Shown: one piece after another, positions 38,593 to 49,222 of the stretch
Numbering within the stretch: the stretch's first letter is position 1
How the letters are laid out: the number at the start of each line of letters is the position of its first letter
NCBI GenBank assembly: GCA_040437565.1
Contig: JBDOQK010000005.1
Span: 744,001-808,000 of the forward strand
Source: Albugo candida
Taxonomy: Eukaryota
Length of the DNA: 64,000 bases
Direction: 5' to 3'
Made by a program: the position numbers and the translations under genes
The notes under the pieces: generated by a model
The model's database searches: none
What the model saw: only the letters and a program-made list of their open reading frames with translations
Told to the model about the DNA's origin: nothing

Positions 38593-39579
38593 ATGTTTCC
38601 CTTGCAAGGGAAACGAACGCTTGTGATCGGAATCCGCAATAAGTATTCCATTGCTACACAAATTGCGCACTCTTTTCTTTCTCTCGGAGCGAATGTGATA
38701 GGTGTCTCGAAAGAGCCATTATCCTCCGCTGCAATCGAAGCATGTGGTCTACACAAACAATCGCTTAAAATCAGGCTGCTTTCCTGTGATCTCACTGAGG
38801 AAGTCGCGATCGAGGAGCTCATGCGCACGTGTGAACACCATTTTCACGGCGAAATCGATAGTATCGTACATTCTGTTGCATTCGCTCCACCAGAGGCTTT
38901 CCACCCGCTTCAAAAACAGTCTCCGACTCCTTCCGGTGGACTTTTACAAACCTCAAAAAAGCATTGGGAGCAAGCACATGACATCAGTGCGTACAGTTTG
39001 GTGGCGTTGACGCGAAACGCACTCCCTCTTCTCACAAGAGGAAGAAGCAAAGCAGATAAAAGCATTATCGCATGCTCATTTCAAGGCGCAAATAAGGTGC
39101 CGAGTACCGAGCCTCCGAGCCAAAAAGTACTCCTTCCGCGATTTTGTAGGTGGTTCCGAATTACAATGTGATGGGACCAGCAAAAGCCGCTTTGGAAGCT
39201 GTCTCACGGCAATTGGCTGTCGAATTGGGCGGATACAATATCCGCGTCAATTGCATCAGTCCAGGACCGATCAATACAGCCTCTGCTCGAGGAATACCCG
39301 GCTTTTCGGTATGTCGATGAGCGATGGACAGCGTATCGATCCTGATCGACTCTTTGCAGAGAATGCGTCAGTATGCACAAGAACGAGCGCCCTTGAAACG
39401 AAATGCGTCAGTTTTGGATGTTGCAAATCTCGCGTCGTTTTTGGCGAGTGAAGCTGCTTCATGCATCACTGGACAGACGATCAAAGGTTGGCAAATATTG
39501 CCGGATAGATGTATTGATTCTGAAACTTCACACTGCAGTGGATGGAGGAATGAGCGCTCTATCGTCATACAACTTGTGA
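38593..39579 (+). CDS. fabI: Bacterial-type enoyl-ACP reductase (NADH), 4 exons: 38593-39096, 39150-39308, 39360-39486, 39539-39579
   Basis: [37 protein letters not shown], catalytic [56 protein letters not shown]. Three GT-AG introns keep the frame. Confidence 0.92.
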
Positions 39580-39587
39580 TTGGTGAC

Positions 39588-39616
39588 GGCTATTTGGCTA
39601 TTTGGCTATTTGGCTA
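39588..39616. repeat. 8-bp tandem repeat (ggctattt x3.6) in the 70-bp convergent intergenic region
   Basis: ggctattt ggctattt ggctattt ggcta between the FabI stop and the Nma111 stop. Confidence 0.9.
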
Positions 39617-39649
39617 CTCACAATCGATTCGAGCAAAGCTTGTGATCCT

Positions 39650-42600
39650 TCAACTGGTTAAAGCTTCCGTTTGGACATGAGAAACGTACTTCCAATTTCG
39701 TCCTTGTCGAATAATCTCCACTGTCGGCCAGTAATGATAGTCGCTTTTGAGAGTGAATACTTTGGGCTTTGTGTTGATTGCAACTGTTTTGATACGAACG
39801 GGATCTCCATTCTTCAGTTGTGTCACAACTTGTAGCAAGGCATCCAGTGTTCCAGTCGGCGTATCATTTACTTCTACGATCCAAATTGTCGCACGTAAGC
39901 CGTATTTGTGTGCTGGAGAACCATAACACCACCGAGATATGTATGCTCCTCCCCCAATTTCAGGGATATAACCAAGGCTTGCAACCGCGTAATGCGGAGG
40001 CTGGATCACCAAGCCGCACCACAAAAGTATCCGATCGGTTCCCGTAGCCGACAATTCGGTCAATTGNNNNNNNNNNNNNNNNNNNNNNNNNNNNNNNNNN
40101 NNNNNNNNNNNNNNNNNNNNNNNNNNNNNNNNNNNNNNNNNNNNNNNNNNNNNNNNNNNNNNNNNNTTGTGTCACAACTTGTAGCAAGGCATCCAGTGTT
40201 CCAGTCGGCGTATCATTTACTTCTACGATCCAAATTGTCGCACGTAAGCCGTATTTGTGTGCTGGAGAACCATAACACCACCGAGATATGTATGCTCCTC
40301 CCCCAATTTCAGGGATATAACCAAGGCTTGCAACCGCGTAATGCGGAGGCTGGATCACCAAGCCGCACCACAAAAGTATCCGATCGGTTCCCGTAGCCGA
40401 CAATTCGGTCAATTGGACATTTATTTTCAATTCCTTATGATCACGAAATATGGTAAGCGATACCGAGTCGTATTCTTGCCAGGTCGTTGCTTTCTCCACA
40501 TCAATATCGCGAACTACAGTCTTCTCATTGATTGCGAGGATCAAATCGCCGCTTTGAAGCTTGCTGGAGGCATCAGTTCCTGCAGCACAGCGTTTGACAC
40601 CCAACACTTGACGCTTATCTTCGTAAATCCCTTCCATTTGTTGTATCCATGTGTCAGGTAAACCAAGACCCGATCGAGCTTTGGAAAGAGGGTACGTGAG
40701 AAGCTGAAGCGGTAAAACTCGCACGGACGAAGGGACCGACTTTGTATGACGTATATGTGCAAGAACTGGCTCAAGAATTTCCACACTCAGCCCTCGAAAT
40801 ACTTCTCTTCTCCCAGTGTTATCTTGGTAGCTGAAAGACAACCACAAAGCGTTTACATTTCCATCGGAATCCATAAAGACGCCACCTACAGACTTTGTGA
40901 TACGATCGAAATGGATGACTTCCACATTGGAAGCTTTATATCGTGGTGGCTGAAAATCCCGTAATACAAGACGATCCACTTTGCTTACAACCGATTTTGA
41001 CGTCACTACAGTCCAATTACTGCTCAAGCCGATAAATTCGGTCGTATCGCCGACATTCAGTGGCAATTCAGCAAATTCTGCCGATTTGAGTTCGATGGTG
41101 CCAAGCTCTTTTGGGTCATATTGAACGATCGAGTAATTGTGAATTGGATGGACGAAAACAACTTTTGCCTGAATCTCAACCGAAGCAGCAACAGTGACCA
41201 TTACGTCTCCCAACGCAATCGGAACGGTATTCTGATCGACTAGAATATATCCTTGCGTGCTGTCGATAACGAGCCCAATGCCGTGGTAACTTGAGCTGGA
41301 AATACCATCAATCATGTATGGAAGATCAAAGGCCACCATAACCAAAGAAAGAAGCAGTTTCTTAGCCGAAGAAGAGCCACCAGGGAAGCCTAAAGGTACA
41401 GGCGTAAAACTCGGCAGTGTGATTTGCGGTGCCGACAATGCGCCAGTTGATTCACACAAATCAGGGATCCATAGTCCATTCCGATCATCACGAGTTGATA
41501 ATTGCACTGGAAACCACAATCTGGACATTGTAATGAACGCGGTACGGATCCGATGGCGATCGCGAATCATGAAATATCGAAGTGTTGTGCGCTTTCCGTC
41601 GGGTAGGGAAGCAATCACTTGTACGAATTCCTTCAAAGTGGGTGTCGACTTGCCATCAAGAGCCGTGATTATACAAGGTTGCATCAAATGTGCCCGCATG
41701 AACATGTGTCCAGTCTGCGCCATATACACGCCACCGACCGGTAATGAAGCATTTCGAGCCTGTTGATACGACAAAGAATGCACGATACCGCCTCCCACTT
41801 CGAGATATTGATGCGGTGTGATGGCATGCAAATCTTGGACTTGGAGTAAAGTCGAGTTGAGCGAATCTCCGCGTTGGAATTGCACACTCACCGAGTCGCT
41901 CACATGCGTATCCAAATATTCTTCAATCTCCAGAAACGATGTGACATACTTTCCATCGAGTTGGATGATAATATCTCCCGTCTGTAATTTCCCATCCGCT
42001 GGCCCGATTTGAATAACTTGGTCGACAATAAGCATACCCGTTTCTTTCGGAAAGATCAGGCGGACTTGAGCTTCGATCGGTGGAGGCAAACCAAGTCGAC
42101 GAACTTCATCGAAAGCTGCGTGCTTGAGAATCAATTGGATTGTACCACGCGTCACGTGTTGCCCATTTTGTAACAGCTTTAGCGCCCGAACGACTCGATC
42201 GAGTGGTAAGTAAAAGGACGACGCCGCTTTTTTAGCTCCTCCAGCATTCAATGCGATCGCATTCCCATCGATATCCAATACGGGCGATCCACTAGAGCCT
42301 CCAGAAGTACTGCAGCACAATTATCAGATGAGTTACGACGTTCCCAGTAATTGCTTGCCTGCTTGCTGCAGCATAATAAAATGTGTTAAAGTCATTGTAT
42401 GTCGTCGATCCGTAACAAGGAGCCTCGCGATCCAATTTTGCCAAAATTCCAGGCAAAATCGACAATTTCTCTCCAGCATCATTTCCGACCACACGGATCT
42501 CCACACCAACTACACATAAAGCCTCAAATTGCGCTGAAACGCGGTTAGCTTCAAACCTTTTGCTCTCTCGGGATGGAGAGGGATCTCATGAAGCTTTAGG

Positions 42601-43138
42601 AAATTGATTTTGCTCGGATCGAATTGGTAAAAGCCAAAATCGTGGACGGGGTCTCTATCACACGAGGCTTTTTACGACATCAAAGACAATCAAAAGCGTC
42701 CATAACAGACCTATAAATTGGCTTTAGATCTACTTCTTCTTTGCTGAGAAAGATAGCGTCGGCTATAACCGGTCCCGGAGTCACCACATGGCGATTTGTA
42801 AGCACAATGCCGCGCTTTAGATCGACAATAAAGCCTGTCGCGACGCTAAATGACGCTCCATTTCCGTCAAAAGCGCGTACACTCAGTAACCGAATGCTTA
42901 CTATAGCTCTTATACACTTTTCGAGGCTGTGTAGCCAACGTTGTGACTCATCTGACTCCTTGGAACATGAGATCAAAGGCTGCGCGTGAGCAGCTGTTTC
43001 CAAGTCTGCAATCGGTGTCATCGATGACGATACATCGGGGTCGATTTGTATATCATCTGTTTCATATTGTGCCGAGTTTTGTACAGTTTCCTCGCTTGGA
43101 GCGGCGCACTTCAAGTCATATTCCAACTCTTCTTTCAT
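39650..43138 (-). CDS. NMA111: Nma111/Ynm3-like HtrA serine protease (tandem protease-PDZ modules), multi-exon
   Basis: [14 protein letters not shown] (His), DPVHDFGFY (Asp), GGSSGSPV (Ser), [18 protein letters not shown] regions and a second degenerate protease module. Confidence 0.93.
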
Positions 43139-43287
43139 AGCGCATCTATAGATCCGAGGTACGCTTGACCTATATTTACCGATCTTTATGTATAAACACA
43201 ATATTGGAGACGCAAATGCGAAAAATTAAGAAATTGGCATCGAACTTTTGACTTGACAGTAAAGTTACTCGATTCATTATTACGCGA

Positions 43288-44898
43288 TTAGTGATTATGT
43301 TGATGAGGTGTAGTCTCCGATTCCTGATTCATTGATCCGCGAGATATCGCATCCTCACGTGTGCGTAGTTTTGATTCCTCGGTTGTTCCTTCACTTTCTT
43401 TCGTGTACTCTTTTTTCGGTGCCGCTTGCACTGCTTCCTCGTCTCTGTGGACATTTTCTACAAACAAACACTCAGTTTTACGTGTAAAAGCGTCTGTCAG
43501 GACACACCTTTCACCCCATCACTTGATTTCGGTTCCTCCACTTTCTTTTGGCTCGCGTTGTCGGTGGAAATGCGACTTTCCTCTTCCGCTTTGCCGAAAA
43601 CAGTCTGTTTCCATTCATTTTCAAATTCGTCCATTTCAGCACCAGATAGGAACGTATGCTGATCGCCTTTTTCATTCTTTGACTTGCGTTTCCACACCGC
43701 TTTTACCTTCTTATCTCCAATCACACGCTCGTGTACCGCTTTCATACGCCCCGCAGAGTCCTCATACCGTCGANNNNNNNNNNNNNNNNNNNNNNNNNNN
43801 NNNNNNNNNNNNNNNNNNNNNNNNNNNNNNNNNNNNNNNNNNNNNNNNNNNNNNNNNNNNNNNNNNNNNNNNNGGTTGTTCCTTCACTTTCTTTCGTGTA
43901 CTCTTTTTTCGGTGCCGCTTGCACTGCTTCCTCGTCTCTGTGGACATTTTCTACAAACAAACACTCAGTTTTACGTGTAAAAGCGTCTGTCAGGACACAC
44001 CTTTCACCCCATCACTTGATTTCGGTTCCTCCACTTTCTTTTGGCTCGCGTTGTCGGTGGAAATGCGACTTTCCTCTTCCGCTTTGCCGAAAACAGTCTG
44101 TTTCCATTCATTTTCAAATTCGTCCATTTCAGCACCAGATAGGAACGTATGCTGATCGCCTTTTTCATTCTTTGACTTGCGTTTCCACACCGCTTTTACC
44201 TTCTTATCTCCAATCACACGCTCGTGTACCGCTTTCATACGCCCCGCAGAGTCCTCATACCGTCGACGTACACTCGAGATTTTGCGACCAGAATCGTCCA
44301 AGACTGTAGAGTTACTGTAAGAGTAGCTCGAGTATGCGAGATCAGCATCGTCTCTTTTCGGTGAGCTTGTAGATTGCTCGGGTTTCGATTGCTTCTGTGA
44401 AGACTGAGGCAAAATATCACCAAAGAATTCATCGTCATCAGGTGGTGAAGGATTTATAAAAATTCCACTGGCTGGAGGTCGAAATTCCAGAAGCTGTTTT
44501 GCAAGAAGATCAAAATCCATGAGAGACTGCTCCATAGACACCATCGGATGCCAAAAGGAAGGATGGACTCGATCCCATATCGAGTATGCGGATCGATTGT
44601 GTGAAGAGCGAGATGCCAAAACTGGCGTGCAGCGAGAAAGTCTGTACAAATTCCCAANNNNNNNNNNNNNNNNNNNNNNNNNNNNNNNNNNNNNNNNNNN
44701 NNNNNNNNNNNNNNNNNNNNNNNNNNNNNNNNNNNNNNNNNNNNNNNNNNNNNNNNNGAGAGACTGCTCCATAGACACCATCGGATGCCAAAAGGAAGGA
44801 TGGACTCGATCCCATATCGAGTATGCGGATCGATTGTGTGAAGAGCGAGATGCCAAAACTGGCGTGCAGCGAGAAAGTCTGTACAAATTCCCAAGCAT
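43288..44898 (-). CDS. Myeloid leukemia factor (MLF)-like protein with a mitochondrial-type presequence; last exon 43288-43457; two assembly duplications inside
   Basis: N-terminus MLGNLYRLSRCTPVLASRSSHNRSAYS is R/S-rich with no acidic residues. Core YSSYSYSNS..RRRYEDSAGRMKAVHERVIGDK..KRKSKNEKGD..DEFENEWK resembles the MLF domain. GT-AG intron 43458-43507 adds a ~56-aa last exon in frame. Confidence 0.65.
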
Positions 44899-45044
44899 TT
44901 CGCTTGTCGCTGAGTCTGAAATCTCTCAAATGAATACGCAAAGATGTAAACTGCAGAGCAACTGACACATCGACAACGGCTCTGTCTCAGACAGAGAACG
45001 AAAACAGCAAAACGACACGCCGACGCAAAAGAATCTATTAACAT

Positions 45045-45332
45045 TTAACTGGTATGGATGGGCGTTGTCTCGGCTTCTTGGTTCATAGAACCTCTGGAAA
45101 TGGCTTCTTCCCGTTGACGTATTTCCGCTTCTTTTGTCGCGCCGTCTGCGGCTTTAGTTGTTTTCTTCGGCGGTGCATTTTTAACTGCTTCTTCGTGCCG
45201 ATGGACAGACTTGTGCGAAATTGTTTGATCGCGCAGTTTACTGTCAAAGTCGCTTGATTTAGTTGCGAAATGCCGGACGGGAATTCGACATGAGAGCTTG
45301 CACGTTTGCTTTACTGCGATTTGAGACCACAT
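45045..45332 (-). CDS. 95-aa hydrophilic protein with a mitochondrial-type presequence, paralogous to the last exon of the adjacent gene
   Basis: MWSQIAVKQTCKLSCRIPVRHFATK (R-x-F-A cleavage-like), followed by VHRHEEAVKNAPPKKTTKAADGATKEAEIRQREEAISRGSMNQEAETTP. Confidence 0.75.
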   Translation of the reverse strand: MWSQIAVKQTCKLSCRIPVRHFATKSSDFDSKLRDQTISHKSVHRHEEAVKNAPPKKTTKAADGATKEAEIRQREEAISRGSMNQEAETTPIHTS

Positions 45333-45508
45333 CTTCCGATTCGTGCCCTTTGACTCGTTTCAAAGAATGAGAGGAAATTGAAATGTCGAGACATTCTGAG
45401 ACACAGATAATGAGAAAAATCAGAACAGCGACTAAATCTATTGGTTTTGCTTAAGCGACGTCGTATTGAGATTTTGTAACAGAAAAAAACAATTGTCTCA
45501 TCGACCTT

Positions 45509-48500
45509 TCAATTCTGAAGATGATTTCCACATTTCCGACAAAAGCGAGCGACGCGCGGATTCGATGTCGCGCATTTGGCGCATTGTGCTTGACTCGAAG
45601 CATGTGCTTTTGTATCACTTGACGTCGATGGTGTAGAGGAAGCATGTGGTTTTGTATCACTTGATGCCGATGGTGCAGAGGATTGCTGAGCTGGTTTTCC
45701 GGTCGGGTGCACTACCAAATAAGAGCCCGGGACGTATCCACGCTTTTGATTCATTTCAGCATACCACCATCCATCGGGGTCCTAGCACACGTATCAGACG
45801 AATGCTGAGAAAAAGGCTTGCTTTGAAAACGTGTACCTTGCGTAGAATTTGTAGTAAATCTCCAGGTCGAATTGTGAGCTGAGAAGAGTCCTAAGAGCAG
45901 AATGAGATTCGACAGTCTTTGGGTCAGGATTGAGATTCGCGTACCTCTGCGACAAACTCATACGCTGCTGTTCCAAACAACACAATATCTGGGTCGGTTC
46001 TAGAGATCACTTGAGAAAGGCATTCATTTCGATGTGTTTGTGATCGTACATTGCTTGCTGCACTTGGACTCGTATCAATTCATGTTTGCAGCCTGCACAA
46101 ACAACGTTTCCAAGGTGCTCGAAAAAGCTTTCTAAAGGATCATTATAGCGGATGTAAACGAGTCGATTGATCAGCGCACCTGTGAGCGAAGCATTGCAAC
46201 GATAACAAACAAAACAATTTGGATGATAGAGACTCTCGAGCGCTTTGATTACTTTGCCTTTCAGAGCCTGTAATGCAGCAATACGTGAGGATAAGTGATA
46301 CAAATACATTCACAGATTGAAACCTTTTCACATCGAACACATTTTTTGCCATAACGATTCTGATAACACACTTGATGGAATGCCATTCCTTCATGTTCCG
46401 CGTAGCCTTCGCTCTCTGGAATGACACGCTTACATTCGCTGCATTTGAAACACTACATACACGACGATAATCAAAAATTGATGACCGATTTCGTCATAGA
46501 ATGCAACTCGCCTCAAGATGGAAATAGTGATCGAGAGCCGACATTGCTTCGCCTTGTAGTATCTGATTGCATCCAGCGCATATTTCACACGCAATTGATT
46601 GATCTATGGTGTCTTCTTCCTTCACGACTGAAGTCGTTCGTGCCATTCCTTCGTCTCGTTTCTGGCTGGAGGCAGTCATCCGATCAATATCGGAGATATC
46701 GCTGAGATCAGAAAATCCCGAAACGCCTGAAAGGCGATCCACTGTGGCGCCACGCACTCGGGAAGTGCCATTTTGATCGTGCATTTTTATATTTTCCATA
46801 TCCAATACCTCAGAGACACGAAATGAATCACGATCATTGCCGAAAATCCGTGAATCAAAATCTCCATCCAAATTTGACAAGTCGGAAAGTCGATCGTCAT
46901 GCACGAATGTGGAGTTTCTTGCGGCGAGATCAAACTCACCCAGTGAAGACGTATTACTAGAGCCTCGAGCACGTGATTCAATAGTGCTGTTGCCGTTTAA
47001 CGGTATGGATTTCGTGTTGCTTGGAAATGGAGGCGGCAAAGAGCTGCTTTCCTTGTCGGGTCGAGATTCGACAATTTTCGCATTTTCAGTGTCTTTCCTT
47101 CTGTGGGAACTCGTACTTGTGCGTGCTCGTTCTGAAATTTTCTTGCGACGCTCGGAGTCCTTTACTTCTTCTTCCTTCCGTGTTTTTTCCAGGACTTGTG
47201 ATTGTTTTGCAGATTCAATTTTTTGCCTCTGAGCAAGTTCCTCTGCTTGCTTTTCTGCCTCCTTCTGAGCTACTTCCCGCTTGGCTCGCTCTACGTCGAA
47301 ATTGGATGATAGTGATACGTCTCCATAGTATGGTTATACGCTGTAATGTTACCTCGAAGGACGCGGCAATTCACACAGACGATGTCTTTTCCTTCCAACT
47401 CTGATTCCGCTACCAGATAAACGTTAAATTCGTAAGAAGGCTCATTCTCGAGTCGAGTCGATTCCACATTACCTTCAGTGATCTGCTTTGCACAGATCGA
47501 GCACTCGATACAAAGCTTATGATATGTCTGATTTCCAACTCGATATATTCGACCAAGAATTTCCTACACCAGCGCAGGTCAAAAGTCAGTATCCATTCGT
47601 CGAAGCGGACTTTGCAACCTTACTTTCTCGCAGACGCTACATTGAGTGATGTTCTCCGCACAATNNNNNNNNNNNNNNNNNNNNNNNNNNNNNNNNNNNN
47701 NNNNNNNNNNNNNNNNNNNNNNNNNNNNNNNNNNNNNNNNNNNNNNNNNNNNNNNNNNNNNNNNGTCTTTTCCTTCCAACTCTGATTCCGCTACCAGATA
47801 AACGTTAAATTCGTAAGAAGGCTCATTCTCGAGTCGAGTCGATTCCACATTACCTTCAGTGATCTGCTTTGCACAGATCGAGCACTCGATACAAAGCTTA
47901 TGATATGTCTGATTTCCAACTCGATATATTCGACCAAGAATTTCCTACACCAGCGCAGGTCAAAAGTCAGTATCCATTCGTCGAAGCGGACTTTGCAACC
48001 TTACTTTCTCGCAGACGCTACATTGAGTGATGTTCTCCGCACAATCCACGTGATAAGCCTGCATAATGCTTCACACTCAAATTCGACGACGCGTACGCGA
48101 AAGATGTTCCTACTTTTCTTCGAATCAATGTAAAATCCTCATCTTCTTCAATCGGTTCTCTGCAGCCTTTACAGAGAAGACACTAGCATTCAAACACAAT
48201 TATATTACTTCACTGATGCATTGCATTTGTATGCGTACGATTTCGTGAAATATTTGCTCTTTTGCGGTCTTTGTACGTCCCAAAATCGTCTCATTGCAGG
48301 CAAAACATTTTTTCAATTTACGAGGAATCGGTTTGCCAATACTTCTGGGTGAGCTCGGCAGAGCAGCATGGCTCTGAAGTAAATCATTTCGAGATGATTC
48401 TCCTTCTTGTTGATTTCTCAACACTTCTTCTCGCTGTTTAATTTCCAAGATCCGTTTATTAGACGCTTCACGAGCAGCCAGAATGACAGCTTCGTCCAAT

Positions 48501-48966
48501 CCCGATGGATTTTCCAATTGGACATATGTTCCAGGCACAAGACCTTTGACCATTTCTTTCTTCACAAGCCACCATCCGTCAGCATCCTATCGAAGCCAAA
48601 GCATCCATTAGCGCTTTTATGTGACTATATACCGTCTTGGCTCACCTTTCGAATGACTTCAATTGTATCGCCTTTTTTCAATGGAATTTGTGTGTCGGGA
48701 TCCTACATCACAACTCATTTGACTGTTGCAAAATAATTCATTCAAAGCCAATTGCATACCTGAGGAATGAAATTGTAGAGTGCTATCGCCTTTTCTTTGG
48801 GATCTGGCGGTACTACAGGTCGGACATTGTTACTTGGAGAGTGTGAGGTGGCGATCATTGTAATAAAGTGAGCACAAGTCACTGACCGATGTCTATCGAA
48901 AAAAGCAGCCGTTTGAAGCACATTGGAAGCGTATTCGGAACGTGTTACATCATCGGAACTAGACAT
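45509..48966 (-). CDS. Adaptor protein SH3-LIM-LIM-coiled coil-LIM-LIM-SH3-zinc ribbon, many short exons
   Basis: Manual splicing: SH3 AIALYNFIPQ|DPDTQIPLKKGDTIEVIRK|DADGWWL..GLVPGTYV; four LIM domains (CFAC..FHEI|CLLCKGC; CSVCEK|..YHKLCIECSIC; CAGC..FHLE|CFKCSEC; CVRCEK|..YHPNCFVCYRC); second SH3; CAKC..FCRKCG. Confidence 0.88.
45597..45680. repeat. 42-bp coding tandem duplication (14-aa unit x2)
   Basis: gaagcatgtgcttttgtatcacttgacgtcgatggtgtagag followed by a near-identical copy. Encodes SAPSASSDTKPHAS / STPSTSSDTKAHAS on the minus strand. Confidence 0.9.
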
Positions 48967-49222
48967 TCGATCAATAAATCAACTTTGTCCAGTCTAACGA
49001 CAAAAATGCTCCATGCACTCAAAAAGAGGGTCCGAGTTTGACGAGAAAATAGAGTAATGCTTAGTCAAGTNNNNNNNNNNNNNNNNNNNNNNNNNNNNNN
49101 NNNNNNNNNNNNNNNNNNNNNNNNNNNNNNNNNNNNNNNNNNNNNNNNNNNNNNNNNNNNNNNNNNNNNNATATTTGCAAATAGTACATTGATTATATAA
49201 GTATTATCAAAGGTAAGAGGTA

